A DNA stretch of 64,000 bases from Pseudomonas sp. (GTDB taxonomy: Bacteria; Pseudomonadota; Gammaproteobacteria; Pseudomonadales; Pseudomonadaceae): positions 339 through 64,338 of the forward strand of contig NZ_JBAQLP010000112.1 in assembly GCF_049301935.1 (NCBI RefSeq), given 5' to 3'. Numbering within the stretch: position 1 is the stretch's first letter; every line of letters begins with the position of its first letter. Under the pieces are notes generated by a model that saw only the letters and a list, made by a program, of their open reading frames with translations, was not told the DNA's origin and did not search any database. The position numbers and the translations under genes were made by a program. This document shows positions 10,416-25,934 of the stretch, piece by piece.

Positions 10416-12686
10416 ATGTTAAATCGAGAGCTCGAAGTCACCCTCAATCTGGCTTTCAAGGAGGCACGTACCAAGCGTCATGAATTTATGACGGTTGAGC
10501 ATTTGTTGCTGGCCCTCCTGGATAACGAGGCTGCCGCCAGCGTACTGCGTGCGTGCGGGGCCAATCTGGACAAGCTGCGGCATGATCTGCAGGAGTTTAT
10601 CGACTCCACCACGCCGCTGATCCCTCAACACGATGAAGAACGTGAAACGCAGCCTACCCTGGGTTTTCAGCGCGTTCTGCAGCGTGCGGTTTTCCATGTA
10701 CAAAGTTCCGGCAAGCGTGAAGTTACCGGCGCCAATGTGCTGGTGGCGATTTTCAGCGAGCAGGAAAGCCAAGCGGTGTTTTTGCTCAAGCAGCAGAGCG
10801 TCGCGCGTATCGATGTGGTCAACTTTATTGCCCATGGCATCTCCAAGGTGCCGGGCCATGGTGGTCATTCGGAAACCGAACAGGAAATGCAGGACGACGA
10901 GGGCGGCGAGTCTGCCAGCTCCAGCAATCCGCTGGACGCGTATGCCAGCAACCTCAACGAACTGGCTCGCCAGGGCCGCATTGATCCGTTGGTCGGGCGT
11001 GAGTCTGAAGTCGAGCGCGTGGCGCAGATTCTCGCGCGTCGGCGTAAGAACAATCCGCTATTGGTGGGTGAGGCGGGTGTCGGTAAAACCGCTATTGCCG
11101 AGGGCCTGGCTAAGCGTATTGTCGATAACCAGGTGCCTGATCTGTTGGCCGACAGCGTGGTCTACTCGCTGGATCTCGGCGCATTGCTGGCCGGCACCAA
11201 ATACCGCGGTGATTTCGAGAAGCGCCTGAAAGCGCTGCTCAATGAGCTGCGCAAACGTCCACACGCCATTCTGTTTATCGATGAAATCCACACCATTATC
11301 GGTGCCGGTGCGGCATCGGGCGGGGTGATGGATGCCTCCAACCTGCTCAAGCCCATGCTGTCTTCGGGTGAGATTCGCTGCATTGGTTCGACCACCTTCC
11401 AGGAATTTCGCGGCATCTTCGAGAAAGACCGCGCCCTGGCGCGGCGCTTCCAGAAAGTCGATGTGGTCGAGCCCTCAGTGGAAGACACCATCGGCATCCT
11501 GCGTGGCCTGAAAGGCCGCTTCGAGCAGCACCACAGCATCGAATACAGTGATGAAGCCCTGCGCGCTGCAGCCGAGCTGGCCTCGCGTTATATCAATGAC
11601 CGGCATATGCCGGACAAGGCCATCGATGTAATCGATGAGGCCGGTGCCTATCAGCGCTTGCAGCCTTTGGAAAAACGCCTGACGCGTATCGACGTGGCGC
11701 AGGTCGAAGATATCGTGGCGAAAATTGCCCGTATTCCGCCGAAGCATGTCAGCAGTTCGGATAAAGAGCTGCTGCGCAACCTCGAGCGCGACCTGAAGCT
11801 GACCGTATTTGGTCAGGACGCAGCGATTGACTCACTGTCGACCGCAATCAAGCTGTCGCGTGCCGGGCTCAAGGCGCCTGACAAGCCGGTCGGCTCCTTC
11901 CTGTTTGCCGGCCCTACCGGGGTGGGTAAAACCGAAGCCGCTCGTCAGCTGGCCAAGGCTCTGGGGGTTGAGCTGATTCGCTTCGACATGTCCGAGTATA
12001 TGGAGCGTCACACCGTATCGCGCCTGATCGGCGCGCCGCCTGGCTATGTCGGCTTCGATCAGGGTGGGCTGCTAACCGAGGCGATCACTAAAACGCCACA
12101 TTGCGTGTTGCTGCTCGATGAGATCGAGAAGGCCCATCCGGAAGTCTTCAACCTGCTGCTGCAGGTGATGGATCACGGCACCCTGACCGATAACAACGGC
12201 CGCAAGGCGGACTTCCGTAACGTGATCGTGATCATGACCACCAACGCTGGCGCGGAAACAGCGGCGCGGGCCTCCATCGGCTTCACCCATCAGGACCACT
12301 CGTCTGATGCCATGGAAGTGATCAAGAAGAGCTTCACCCCGGAGTTCCGCAACCGCCTGGATACTATTATCCAGTTCGGCCGCCTGAGCCACGAAGTGAT
12401 CAAGAGCATCGTCGACAAGTTTCTTACCGAACTGCAGGCGCAGCTTGAGGACAAGCGCGTCACGCTGGAAGTCAGCGATGCGGCGCGTAGCTGGTTGGCC
12501 GAGAGCGGTTACGACGTGCAGATGGGCGCTCGACCGATGGCGCGCCTGATCCAGGACAAGATCAAGCGGCCGCTGGCGGAAGAGATTCTGTTTGGTGAGC
12601 TGGCTGAGCATGGCGGTGTGGTGCATATCGATATCGAAGGCGGTGAATTGACCTTCGATTTCGAAACCACGGCAGAAATGGCTTAA
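10416..12686 (+). CDS. clpA: ATP-dependent Clp protease ATP-binding subunit ClpA
   Basis: 756 aa with two AAA+ modules ([10 protein letters not shown] and GPTGVGKTE). Confidence 0.97.
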   Translation: MLNRELEVTLNLAFKEARTKRHEFMTVEHLLLALLDNEAAASVLRACGANLDKLRHDLQEFIDSTTPLIPQHDEERETQPTLGFQRVLQRAVFHVQSSGKREVTGANVLVAIFSEQESQAVFLLKQQSVARIDVVNFIAHGISKVPGHGGHSETEQEMQDDEGGESASSSNPLDAYASNLNELARQGRIDPLVGRESEVERVAQILARRRKNNPLLVGEAGVGKTAIAEGLAKRIVDNQVPDLLADSVVYSLDLGALLAGTKYRGDFEKRLKALLNELRKRPHAILFIDEIHTIIGAGAASGGVMDASNLLKPMLSSGEIRCIGSTTFQEFRGIFEKDRALARRFQKVDVVEPSVEDTIGILRGLKGRFEQHHSIEYSDEALRAAAELASRYINDRHMPDKAIDVIDEAGAYQRLQPLEKRLTRIDVAQVEDIVAKIARIPPKHVSSSDKELLRNLERDLKLTVFGQDAAIDSLSTAIKLSRAGLKAPDKPVGSFLFAGPTGVGKTEAARQLAKALGVELIRFDMSEYMERHTVSRLIGAPPGYVGFDQGGLLTEAITKTPHCVLLLDEIEKAHPEVFNLLLQVMDHGTLTDNNGRKADFRNVIVIMTTNAGAETAARASIGFTHQDHSSDAMEVIKKSFTPEFRNRLDTIIQFGRLSHEVIKSIVDKFLTELQAQLEDKRVTLEVSDAARSWLAESGYDVQMGARPMARLIQDKIKRPLAEEILFGELAEHGGVVHIDIEGGELTFDFETTAEMA

Positions 12687-12706
12687 GCGTAGTTTCTTGC
12701 GCACAC

Positions 12707-12735
12707 AAAAACGCCCGGCAATGCCGGGCGTTTTT
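12707..12735. terminator. bidirectional rho-independent terminator (clpA / infA)
   Basis: AAAAACGCCCGGC-AAT-GCCGGGCGTTTTT. Confidence 0.85.
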
Positions 12736-12784
12736 ACTGGAGCTTGGTGTAACAGATGCCAGGAAGCTGAACTTAGCTGGCCTG

Positions 12785-13003
12785 TTAACGGGCGCGGTAA
12801 GTAATGCGGCCCTTGCTCAAGTCATAAGGCGTAAGTTCAACGCGAACTTTGTCGCCAGTCAAAATGCGGATGTAATTTTTGCGCATCTTTCCGGAGATGT
12901 GCGCAGTAACGACGTGCCCATTTTCCAACTCCACACGAAACATGGTGTTGGGCAGGGTGTCGACGACAGTGCCTTCCATTTCGAAGCTGTCTTCTTTCGA
13001 CAT
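12785..13003 (-). CDS. infA: translation initiation factor IF-1
   Basis: 72 aa, [30 protein letters not shown]. Confidence 0.97.
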
Positions 13004-13103
13004 GCAGTAAAGCCCTCGGTATCCAATGAATGGCCCGGTGCAACTGGCGCCAGGCAAAAGCGGCGTGCATTGTGCCCGAAATTTGGGGTTTGCGCCAAGG
13101 GCT

Positions 13104-13811
13104 TCAGTTAAGACTGACCCAGCGTTGGTTGACGAACAGCTCTATTGGCCGGTACTGGGTCTTGTAATTCATCTTGCGGCAGTTCTTGATCCAGTAACCC
13201 AGATAGACCGCATGCAGCCCGAGACGCGCCGCTTCGGCAATTTGCCAGAGGATGGCAAAGCGCCCGAGGCTGCGCCGTTCCTCGCTCGGCTCATAAAAGG
13301 TGTAGACCGCGGAGAGCCCATTGGGTAGTACATCGGTCACGGCAATGGCCAGCAGGCGGTTGTTCTGGCGGAACTCATAGAAGCGCGAGAAGGCCAGATC
13401 ACGCACCAGAAAGGTTGAAAATTGCTCGCGGTTGGGTGGGTACATATCGCCATCGGCATGCCGCTGCTCAATGTAGCGCGCGTACAGCGCGTAATATTCC
13501 TCGGTAAATGCCGGGCGCACCAGGCGCACCTGAATGTCCTGATTACGCTTGAAGATACGCCGCTGCTGGCGATTTGGGCTGAACTGCGCGGCAGGAATGC
13601 GCGCCGGAACGCAGGCGGTGCAGCGCTGGCAGTGTGGGCGATAGAGGTGGTCGCCGCTGCGACGAAAGCCCATTTCCGAAAGCTCAGCATAAACCACCGC
13701 ATCCATGGGCTGGCTGGGGTCGAGGAACAGGGTGGTGGCCTGCTCGTCGGGCAGATAGCTGCAAGGGTGCGGTTGAGTGGCGTAAAACTTCAGGCGGGCC
13801 AGCTCAGTCAT
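13104..13811 (-). CDS. bpt: arginyl/aspartate-glutamate leucyl-tRNA--protein transferase (Bpt/Ate family)
   Basis: 235 aa from [24 protein letters not shown]. The family N-terminal Cys motifs (CSYL, CxxC) are present. Confidence 0.88.
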
Positions 13812-13866
13812 GATCGGCTCTCGGGATCGGTCTTGAATCAAGTGTAAGCCAGGCTGGCAAACTCGC

Positions 13867-14547
13867 CTAGGCGACCCAGTCGGCCTGGCTGGGTTGATCA
13901 AGATGAGCGCTCAGATAGTTGGCAAACTCGCTCCGGGAAATCGTCTGCGCGCCGAGGCTGAGCAGGTGTTCGGTCTGCATCTGGCAGTCGATCAGCACAA
14001 AGCCCCAGTCTCTCAAGTGTTCGATCAGGGTGACGAAGCCCACCTTGGAGGCATTGTCTGCGCGGCTGAACATCGATTCACCAAAGAACAGCTGGCCCAT
14101 GGCCAAACCATAGAGTCCACCAACCAGTTCATCATCACGCCAGACCTCAACCGAATGAGCAATACCGCGCCTGTGCAGTTCCACATAGGCGTCCTGCATG
14201 GGGCTGGTAATCCAGGTTTCTGCCGCATAGCTGCGTGGTGCGGCGCAGGCGCGGATGACCTCAGTGAAGGCCTGATCAAAGGTCACTCGATAACGGCCTT
14301 GGCGCAGCACCTTGGCCAGGCTGCGCGAGACATGCAGCTTGTCCGGCAGCAGCACGGTGCGCGGGTCCGGCGACCACCAGAGAATCGGCTGGCCATCCTG
14401 AAACCAGGGGAAGCAGCCGTGACGATACGCCTGGATCAAGCGCTCGGGGCGCAGGTCGCCGCCAGCAGCCAACAGGCCATTGGGCTCGCGCAGGGCTTTG
14501 TTAAGCGGTGGGAAATCCAGTGAGTCGCGTTGCAGCCACGTCAGCAT
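13867..14547 (-). CDS. aat: leucyl/phenylalanyl-tRNA--protein transferase
   Basis: 226 aa, with [17 protein letters not shown] and ILWWSPDPR. Confidence 0.93.
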   Translation of the reverse strand: MLTWLQRDSLDFPPLNKALREPNGLLAAGGDLRPERLIQAYRHGCFPWFQDGQPILWWSPDPRTVLLPDKLHVSRSLAKVLRQGRYRVTFDQAFTEVIRACAAPRSYAAETWITSPMQDAYVELHRRGIAHSVEVWRDDELVGGLYGLAMGQLFFGESMFSRADNASKVGFVTLIEHLRDWGFVLIDCQMQTEHLLSLGAQTISRSEFANYLSAHLDQPSQADWVA

Positions 14548-14578
14548 GGGCAGGGCCGGAATTGGACAGAGGAGGGCA

Positions 14579-14599
14579 GGGCGGACAGTGCGTCCGCCC
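14579..14599 (-). terminator. candidate stem-loop after trxB
   Basis: GGGCGGAC-N5-GTCCGCCC 8-bp stem, 9 nt past the trxB stop. It lacks a U-tract. Confidence 0.35.
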
Positions 14600-14607
14600 T
14601 GGGTGGC

Positions 14608-15567
<960 letters not shown>

Positions 15568-15677
15568 TCATAAGCCTTTGTCACAAAAGAGAATGCATGC
15601 TCCAATTGAGCCGCACGGAAGATGTTGGCGGATATGCTACACCGAAGCAGGCAAGGAGCGGGAGTCAACCGCCGCAG

Positions 15678-15693
15678 CTGTTTATGCATACAG
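15678..15693. promoter_or_regulatory. candidate LexA (SOS) box CTGTTTATGCATACAG
   Basis: Fits the CTGT-N8-ACAG format. It matches 12/16 positions of the Pseudomonas/E. coli-type consensus CTGTATAAATATACAG as I recall it. It lies 96 bp upstream of the ftsK start. Confidence 0.5.
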
Positions 15694-15788
15694 CTCGGTC
15701 TGGTATCGTTTGGCTAAACCCGTACAATCACTGCATATTTTGCCGTTAACCAATTAGTCGGCGCCTCTGGCGCAGGAACAGATGCGTT

Positions 15789-18191
<2,403 letters not shown>

Positions 18192-18219
18192 CGCCTAGCC
18201 CGATCTGATAAGGAGTCCC

Positions 18220-18846
18220 ATGCGCCTGATTCGCATGCTGTTACTGACCGTACTGAGTTTTACCAGCGTTGCCGTTATGGCCGACGATGAAGTCGCCGTG
18301 CAGCGTCTGACCGAGCTGCTCAACCAGGCGCAGACCATCAACGCGCGCTTTTCCCAACTGACCCTGGACGGCAGCGGCACCCAGCTGCAGGAAACCGCCG
18401 GCCAGCTCGCGCTAAAGCGCCCAGGCCTGTTCCGCTGGCACACCGATGCGCCGATGGAGCAGCTGCTGGTTTCCAATGGCGAGAAGGTCTGGCTGTATGA
18501 CCCGGACCTGGAACAGGTGACCATCCAGACCCTCGATCAGCGCCTGACCCACACCCCGGCGCTGCTGCTGTCCGGCGATGTGTCGAAGATTCGTGAGAAC
18601 TTCGAGATCAGCCACACCGAAGGCGGCAACGTGGTCGATTTCATCCTCAAGCCAAAATCCAAGGACACCCTGTTCGACAGCCTGCGCCTGTCGTTTCGCA
18701 ACAAGGTGCTCAACGACATGCAGCTGATCGACAGCATCGGCCAGCGCACCAACATTCTGTTTCTCAACGTGAAAATGAATGAGCCGCAGGACGACGCGCA
18801 GTTCACCTTCGAAATCCCGGCCGGCGCGGACGTGATTCAAGAGTAG
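18220..18846 (+). CDS. lolA: outer-membrane lipoprotein chaperone LolA
   Basis: 208 aa with a signal peptide, an AAGGAG SD, and the conserved ftsK-lolA-rarA order. Confidence 0.93.
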   Translation: MRLIRMLLLTVLSFTSVAVMADDEVAVQRLTELLNQAQTINARFSQLTLDGSGTQLQETAGQLALKRPGLFRWHTDAPMEQLLVSNGEKVWLYDPDLEQVTIQTLDQRLTHTPALLLSGDVSKIRENFEISHTEGGNVVDFILKPKSKDTLFDSLRLSFRNKVLNDMQLIDSIGQRTNILFLNVKMNEPQDDAQFTFEIPAGADVIQE

Positions 18847-18878
18847 AAAGCTCAAAGCAGAGGCGTTAAACCGCAGTC

Positions 18879-20204
18879 ATGGATCTGTTTCGCAAGGCTC
18901 CCGTCGCTCAACCCCTGGCTGCCCGGCTGCGTGCCGCCAGCCTGGATGAGTATGTCGGCCAGGAGCACTTGCTGGCCCGCGGTAAACCCTTGCGGGAAGC
19001 CCTGGAGCAGGGCGCGCTGCATTCGATGATCTTCTGGGGCCCGCCGGGCGTCGGCAAGACCACCCTGGCGCGGCTCTTGGCCCAGGTTTCCGATGCACAT
19101 TTCGAGACGATTTCCGCCGTGCTCTCCGGGGTCAAGGAGATTCGCCAGGCCGTGGAAGTCGCGCAGCAGCATGCCGCGCAATACGGCCGGCAGACCATCC
19201 TGTTCGTCGATGAGGTACACCGCTTTAACAAGTCGCAGCAGGATGCCTTTCTGCCCTATGTGGAAGACGGCACGCTGATCTTTATCGGCGCCACCACGGA
19301 AAACCCCTCGTTCGAGCTGAACAACGCCTTGCTCTCACGGGCTCGCGTGTATGTGCTGAAAAGCCTCGACGAAGCGGCGCTGCGCAAGCTGGTTGAGCGC
19401 GCCTTGAACGACCCGAAAGGCCTGGGCGAGCGCCAGCTACGCCTGCCGGAAGACAGCTTCAAGATTCTCCAGGCCGCCGCCGATGGTGATGGTCGGCGCC
19501 TGCTCAATTTTCTGGAAAACGCCGCGGATCTGGCCGAAGACGGCAGCGAAATTGGCAGTGAGTTGCTACTCAATCTGCTTGGCGATACCCGTCGGCGTTT
19601 CGACAAGGGCGGCGAAGCCTTCTACGACCAAATATCGGCGCTGCACAAATCCGTGCGCGGCTCCAGCCCGGACGGCGCGCTGTACTGGTTTGCACGCATG
19701 CTCGATGGCGGCTGTGATCCGTTGTATATCGCCCGGCGTGTGGTGCGTATGGCCAGTGAGGATATTGGCAACGCCGACCCGCGCGCGCTGACCCTGTGTC
19801 TGAATGCCTGGGATGTACAGGAGCGTCTGGGCAGCCCGGAGGGTGAGCTGGCCGTGGCCCAGGCGATTGTCTACCTGGCCTGTGCGCCGAAAAGCAACGC
19901 GGTGTACAACGCCTTTAAGGCCGCCATGCGCGATGCCGCCGAACATGGCTCGCAGGAAGTGCCGCTGCACCTGCGCAACGCCCCGACCAAACTTATGAAG
20001 CAGCTGGGCTATGGCGACGAGTACCGCTACGCCCACGATGAGCCCGATGCCTATGCGGCGGGGGAAGATTACTTTCCCGACACCTTCGAGCCACGCGAGT
20101 ACTACCAACCGGTGCCACGCGGCCTGGAGTTGAAAATTCGCGACAAGCTGCAGCACTTGAAGAGCCAGGACCGCAACAGTCCACGGCAAAGGAGAAAACC
20201 ATGA
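18879..20204 (+). CDS. rarA: replication-associated recombination protein A
   Basis: 441 aa, AAA+ motif [11 protein letters not shown], MgsA/RarA-like C-terminus. Confidence 0.95.
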   Translation: MDLFRKAPVAQPLAARLRAASLDEYVGQEHLLARGKPLREALEQGALHSMIFWGPPGVGKTTLARLLAQVSDAHFETISAVLSGVKEIRQAVEVAQQHAAQYGRQTILFVDEVHRFNKSQQDAFLPYVEDGTLIFIGATTENPSFELNNALLSRARVYVLKSLDEAALRKLVERALNDPKGLGERQLRLPEDSFKILQAAADGDGRRLLNFLENAADLAEDGSEIGSELLLNLLGDTRRRFDKGGEAFYDQISALHKSVRGSSPDGALYWFARMLDGGCDPLYIARRVVRMASEDIGNADPRALTLCLNAWDVQERLGSPEGELAVAQAIVYLACAPKSNAVYNAFKAAMRDAAEHGSQEVPLHLRNAPTKLMKQLGYGDEYRYAHDEPDAYAAGEDYFPDTFEPREYYQPVPRGLELKIRDKLQHLKSQDRNSPRQRRKP

Positions 20205-20581
20205 TCGGCGTGGTATTGGCGGTAGCCCTGGGCGGCATGCTCGGCACGCTGTTGCGCTTCGTAACGGCCAACTGGGTCAGCGCAAACTGGCCGCAGCACT
20301 TCTACGGTGCGACCCTGGCGGTGAATATTCTCGGTTGCCTGCTGATCGGCTACCTGTATGGCCTGTTCCTGCTGCGCCCTGAGCTGCCGCTGGAGTTGCG
20401 CGCGGGGCTGATTGTGGGGTTTCTCGGCGGCCTGACCACCTTTTCATCTTTTTCCCTCGACACCCTGCGCCTGCTGGAAAGCGGTCAGCTACCGTTGGCC
20501 ATGGGCTATGCGGCAATCAGTGTGTTGGGCAGCCTGCTTGCTACCTGGGCGGGGCTTAGCTTGGCGCGCCTGTGTCAGTAA
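20201..20581 (+). CDS. crcB: fluoride efflux channel CrcB
   Basis: 126 aa, 4-TM CrcB-like ([22 protein letters not shown]). Its ATG overlaps the rarA stop (ATGA). Confidence 0.9.
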   Translation: MIGVVLAVALGGMLGTLLRFVTANWVSANWPQHFYGATLAVNILGCLLIGYLYGLFLLRPELPLELRAGLIVGFLGGLTTFSSFSLDTLRLLESGQLPLAMGYAAISVLGSLLATWAGLSLARLCQ

Positions 20582-20692
20582 TGGCGCTGCTAATAACAGC
20601 GTTACCGATTGGCGCTTCCCCCCGCTAAAGCCTTAAACTGCGCGGCATTGCGCGTCATGGCCAAGGCCATGCAAACCCTTGTGATGTGTTGA

Positions 20693-21982
<1,290 letters not shown>

Positions 21983-22003
21983 GCCAGGTTCCAGTTATTT
22001 GCG

Positions 22004-22034
22004 ACGGGGCGGCCAGTGCCGCCCCGTGTTGTTT
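22004..22034 (+). terminator. rho-independent terminator of serS
   Basis: ACGGGGCGGC-CAGT-GCCGCCCCGT 10-bp stem followed by GTTGTTT. Confidence 0.75.
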
Positions 22035-22055
22035 ATCCGACCGAGAGCGTGCGTC

Positions 22056-23450
22056 ATGGATTTTCTGCCCCTGTTCCACAAACTGCAGGATCGCCTGGTA
22101 CTGGTGGTTGGTGGCGGTGAAGTCGCCGTGCGCAAAGCGCGTTTGCTCAGCGATGCCGGTGCGACGCTGCGGGTAGTGGCGCCGGATATCCGTGAGGAAT
22201 TGCGCGAGATGGCTAGCGCCCGTAATGGCGAGGTGCTGCTGCGCGATTATCAGTCGGCGGATTTGCACGGTGTGGCGCTGATTATTGCCGCCACCGATGA
22301 CGAACCGCTGAATGCGCAGATATCGGCCGAAGCCCAGGCCCTTGGGATTCCGGTCAATGTGGTGGATGCGCCGAAGCTGTGCAGCGTGATTTTTCCGGCC
22401 ATTGTCGATCGCTCGCCGTTGATCGTGGCGATTACCAGCGGCGGTGATGCACCGGTGCTGGCACGCCTCATTCGCGCCAAGATTGAAACCTGGATTCCCG
22501 CCACCTATGGCCAGCTAGCCGGCTTGGCCAAGCGCTTTCGTGCCCAGGTCAAGGGGCTGTTTCCCGATGTGCAGCAGCGCCGGGTGTTCTGGGAGGATGT
22601 GTTCCAGGGCCAGGTCGCCGAAAGCGTGTTCGCCGGCAAACTGCAGGAAGGTCAGCGTCTGCTGGAAGAGAAGATCGCAGGGATTGCGCCACGGACCTTG
22701 GGCGAGGTGTATCTGGTCGGCGCCGGGCCGGGTGATCCTGATCTGCTGACCTTTCGCGCTCTGCGCCTGATGCAGCAGGCCGACGTGGTGCTGTATGACC
22801 GTTTGGTGGCACCGGCGATTATCGAGCTGTGCCGCCGCGATGCCGAGCGCATCTATGTCGGCAAACAGCGTGCCGCGCATGCCGTGCCGCAGGAGCAGAT
22901 CAATCAGCGTCTGGTCAGCCTGGCCAAAGAAGGCAAACGCGTGCTGCGCCTGAAAGGCGGTGACCCGTTTATTTTCGGTCGCGGCGGCGAGGAAATTGAA
23001 GAACTGGCCGCCCACGGCATCCCTTTCCAGGTGGTCCCGGGCATCACCGCCGCCTCAGGTTGCGCCGCCTACGCGGGTATTCCGCTAACCCACCGTGATC
23101 ATGCGCAGTCCGTGCGGTTTGTCACGGGTCATCTCAAGGATGGCAGCTGTGATTTGCCCTGGAGCGAGCTCACAGCCAGCAGCCAGACCCTGGTGTTCTA
23201 TATGGGCCTGGTGGGCTTGCCGATGATCTGTCAGCAACTGATTGCCCATGGCCGCGCGGCAACAACCCCTGCGGCATTGATCCAGCAAGGCACCACGCAG
23301 AACCAGCGGGTGTTTACCGGCACCCTGGCCAATCTGGCTGAACTGGTGGCGCAGCATGAAGTGCATGCGCCGACCCTGGTGATAGTCGGCGAGGTGGTGC
23401 AGCTGCGGGAGAAACTGGCCTGGTTTGAAGGGGCTCAGGCCAGCGTCTGA
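22056..23450 (+). CDS. cysG: siroheme synthase (uroporphyrinogen-III C-methyltransferase / precorrin-2 dehydrogenase / ferrochelatase)
   Basis: 464 aa from [10 protein letters not shown]. It has the N-terminal Rossmann [12 protein letters not shown] and the methylase motif [12 protein letters not shown]. Confidence 0.93.
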   Translation: MDFLPLFHKLQDRLVLVVGGGEVAVRKARLLSDAGATLRVVAPDIREELREMASARNGEVLLRDYQSADLHGVALIIAATDDEPLNAQISAEAQALGIPVNVVDAPKLCSVIFPAIVDRSPLIVAITSGGDAPVLARLIRAKIETWIPATYGQLAGLAKRFRAQVKGLFPDVQQRRVFWEDVFQGQVAESVFAGKLQEGQRLLEEKIAGIAPRTLGEVYLVGAGPGDPDLLTFRALRLMQQADVVLYDRLVAPAIIELCRRDAERIYVGKQRAAHAVPQEQINQRLVSLAKEGKRVLRLKGGDPFIFGRGGEEIEELAAHGIPFQVVPGITAASGCAAYAGIPLTHRDHAQSVRFVTGHLKDGSCDLPWSELTASSQTLVFYMGLVGLPMICQQLIAHGRAATTPAALIQQGTTQNQRVFTGTLANLAELVAQHEVHAPTLVIVGEVVQLREKLAWFEGAQASV

Positions 23451-24421
23451 TTGCGCGCGGCCCATAGCTGGGCGGCGCGCATCAGGGCTTGTTCGCGCGG
23501 CTCGCCAAGGGCGCGCAAGGCCAGGGCCATGGTGCTGATGACGGCAAGCTGGCCGTAATCATCGGCCACTTCACCGCGCCAGAACGCTGCCAGATGAGCG
23601 GGCTGCAGGGATTCGGGTTTGACGTGGCGCTGCGCCGACAGCGCCGGCCAGTCCTCATCCCAGTTGGCGCCATTAGCCGTGCCATACAGGTGGCTGGTGG
23701 CGTCCGGGTTGATCTCGATTTCACCGCCTTCGCCCTTGATCACCACCGCGCGATCGCCGAGCAACTGGCTGGCTTCGCGGTGCACCGCCTGATAACCCGG
23801 ATGAAAGATGCTCTGCAGGCCGCAACGTGCGCCCAGCGGATTGAGGATGCGCGCCAGGGAATGAATCGGTGAGCGCAGGCCGAGGATATTGCGCAGGTCG
23901 ATCATCCGTTGCAGTTGCGGCATCCAGTCGCCCAACGGGATAAACGCCAGCTGCTGTTGCGCCAATGCCTGCTCGACGCTCCCCCAGTTGCGGCACAGCG
24001 GGATATGCAGGGTGTCGAGTAACTGCTCGCTGTACATGCGCCCGGCGGTGTGCGGGCCGCCGCCATGCAGCAAGATGCGAATGCCGCTACCGGCCAGGGC
24101 TTTGGCGGCCAGCAGGAACCAGGGCAGGTGGCGTTTCTTGCCGGCGTAGCTGGGCCAATCCAGATCGACCTGAATCGCCGGTGCCTGCAGGCGCGCACGT
24201 ACGGCTTCGGCAAAACCGGCCATCTCCTCGGCGCTTTCCTCCTTGTGCCGCAGCAGCATCAGAAAGGCGCCTAGCTGGCTTTCTTCGGCCTGGCCGTCGA
24301 GCAGCATGCCCATGGCGTCGCGGGCTTCCTCGCGGGTCAGGTTGCGCGCGCCGCGCTTGCCCTTACCGAGCATGCGTACAAATTGCGCGAAGGGATGTTC
24401 CGGCGGGGTTACAAGGTTCAT
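23435..24421 (-). CDS. TrpD2/YbiB-family protein (glycosyl transferase family 3-like)
   Basis: 328 aa from [33 protein letters not shown]. Its ATG overlaps the tusE stop (ATGA). Confidence 0.8.
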   Translation of the reverse strand: MNLVTPPEHPFAQFVRMLGKGKRGARNLTREEARDAMGMLLDGQAEESQLGAFLMLLRHKEESAEEMAGFAEAVRARLQAPAIQVDLDWPSYAGKKRHLPWFLLAAKALAGSGIRILLHGGGPHTAGRMYSEQLLDTLHIPLCRNWGSVEQALAQQQLAFIPLGDWMPQLQRMIDLRNILGLRSPIHSLARILNPLGARCGLQSIFHPGYQAVHREASQLLGDRAVVIKGEGGEIEINPDATSHLYGTANGANWDEDWPALSAQRHVKPESLQPAHLAAFWRGEVADDYGQLAVISTMALALRALGEPREQALMRAAQLWAARNQTLA

Positions 24422-24753
24422 AGGCAATTGCTCGGCTTGGGCAGGCCCGCCAGCTTGGCGGCAAGTTTGGCGGGAGCGCCATTGAACAGGCGATTGAGGT
24501 TTAGGCTATTGCCTTTCTCGGGGCCGAGTTTGACGGCAATAAATTTGATCAGTGGGCGATTGGCCGGCGACAGCTGAAACTCGTCGTAAAAGCTGCGTAC
24601 CAGCCAGAGAATTTCCCAGTGATCGGCGCTCAGACTGATGCCTTCACGTTGTGCCAGGGCGTGCGCAGCGGCTTCAGACCAATCGGTGAGGTCGAGTAGA
24701 TAGCCGTCCTTGTCCAGAGCCAGGCGGCGGCCCTCAACATTCAATGCCGTCAT
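24418..24753 (-). CDS. tusE: sulfurtransferase TusE (DsrC family)
   Basis: 111 aa, DsrC-like, with a C-terminal Cys (PKPSNCL). Confidence 0.85.
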   Translation of the reverse strand: MTALNVEGRRLALDKDGYLLDLTDWSEAAAHALAQREGISLSADHWEILWLVRSFYDEFQLSPANRPLIKFIAVKLGPEKGNSLNLNRLFNGAPAKLAAKLAGLPKPSNCL

Positions 24754-25049
24754 AGCCAGGTGTTTACCTTGTCGTATTGGCAGCTCAGGGCGACGAATGC
24801 GGGGTAATCGACCAATGTAAGGCGGGCAGGGTGCGCAAGGCCGCGCGCTTGCACATCTTCATCCAGGGCATACAGCGCGATGGCTTCGGGCATCAGCTCC
24901 AGCGCCTGGCGCTGCGCGCTGCCGGCCTGCAAGGCATACACCGCATCACCACACAGCAGCAGAGCATCCTGGCTGCCGAGCAGGCGCAGGCAACTGCTCA
25001 GGCGGCTATCGGTAAAGGGCGAGTGTGAGAGTACGTGCAAGGTAGCCAT
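24750..25049 (-). CDS. tusB: sulfurtransferase complex subunit TusB (DsrH family)
   Basis: 99 aa, assigned by size and by its position after tusC. TGATG junction. Confidence 0.8.
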   Translation of the reverse strand: MATLHVLSHSPFTDSRLSSCLRLLGSQDALLLCGDAVYALQAGSAQRQALELMPEAIALYALDEDVQARGLAHPARLTLVDYPAFVALSCQYDKVNTWL

Positions 25050-25408
25050 CAGAGCGTAATCACCTGGTCGTAACGGTCAATCAAGGCGCTTAGCCCGGCA
25101 TCATCCAGGTGTTCGACGGCGAGGCTGCTGGGGTGGTCCTGCAGGCCGCGTTCTTCCAGGCTGCGCTGGGCAACATAGAGCGCCTCGACACCAAACATCG
25201 GCAGGGCCTTGAGATTGGCGCCGAGGTCTTTCTGCTGCAGGCTGAGCGGTTGCTGCGCACCGTTCAGCTGGAATACCCCGTCATCGAGAAACAGCAGGCC
25301 AACCGGCAAATCGAAGGCGCCGCCGGCCAGTGCGATATCCAGCGCTTCCCGTGCACCGGGGCCGGACCAGGGGGCTTGGCGGCTGATGATCAACAGCGAT
25401 TTACTCAT
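25049..25408 (-). CDS. tusC: sulfurtransferase complex subunit TusC (DsrF family)
   Basis: 119 aa from MSKSLLIISRQAPWSG. Confidence 0.85.
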   Translation of the reverse strand: MSKSLLIISRQAPWSGPGAREALDIALAGGAFDLPVGLLFLDDGVFQLNGAQQPLSLQQKDLGANLKALPMFGVEALYVAQRSLEERGLQDHPSSLAVEHLDDAGLSALIDRYDQVITL

Positions 25409-25409
25409 C

Positions 25410-25802
25410 TCAGGGCCCTCCAAAGCACACCAGGCGATCCGCCAGCTGCGCCGCTTCGTGCAACTGGCCCAGGCCGGAAAGCTCCCAGGGCGCATCCAGG
25501 TTGGCGGCGGTGCGCGAGTAGCGCTGCGCTTCATCAGCGTTCAATACGCCACGGCGCAAGGCGGCGGCGATGCACACCACGCCATCCAGTTGCTGCGCGT
25601 GCACGAACTCCCGCCATTCACGCGGCAGATCCACTTCATCCTGCGCGCAGACCACAGTGCTCGACGCACTGTGCACGCCGTCCTGATAGAAGAACAGCCG
25701 CACAATCTCATGCCCGCCCGCCAATGCCGCCTGCGCAAAGCGCAGCGCGCGGCGCGCGGAGGGTGCGTGAGGAGCAGAGAACAGGGCGATGGCGAACTTC
25801 AT
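25410..25802 (-). CDS. tusD: sulfurtransferase complex subunit TusD (DsrE family)
   Basis: 130 aa from MKFAIALFSAPHAP. It carries an active-site-type Cys in a DsrE-like fold context. Confidence 0.87.
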   Translation of the reverse strand: MKFAIALFSAPHAPSARRALRFAQAALAGGHEIVRLFFYQDGVHSASSTVVCAQDEVDLPREWREFVHAQQLDGVVCIAAALRRGVLNADEAQRYSRTAANLDAPWELSGLGQLHEAAQLADRLVCFGGP

Positions 25803-25887
25803 AGCAAACCTGGCAAGCCAATTTGCCGGAATGATAAAGCCTGAGCCGCCAAGATGCGCGTTGCAGGCAGAAAAAAGACTTGGCAGC

Positions 25888-25915
25888 AAAAGGCCGCATC
25901 ACTCAGCGGCCTTTT
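25888..25915 (-). terminator. rho-independent terminator of fabI
   Basis: AAAAGGCCGC-N8-GCGGCCTTTT 10-bp stem, 20 nt past the fabI stop. Confidence 0.7.
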
Positions 25916-25934
25916 ATTGCTGCGATGTTACGGC

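Noticed and set aside
12687-12784. I looked for a tRNA-Ser gene (serW in E. coli) between clpA and infA.
   Set aside because: The 98-bp spacer holds only a bidirectional terminator. It has no tRNA-like acceptor or T-arm (GTTCGAATC-type) sequence. No tRNA-like sequence was seen in any other spacer either.
20150-20260. I looked for a fluoride riboswitch upstream of crcB.
   Set aside because: The crcB ATG overlaps the rarA stop (ATGA at 20201-20204), so there is no leader in which a riboswitch could sit.
20656-20671. A 16-bp palindrome, CATGGCC-AA-GGCCATG, about 30 bp upstream of the serS start.
   Set aside because: It is short and GC-rich, and it is likely to arise by chance in this composition. 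No known gammaproteobacterial serS control element has this form. I noted it only for completeness.
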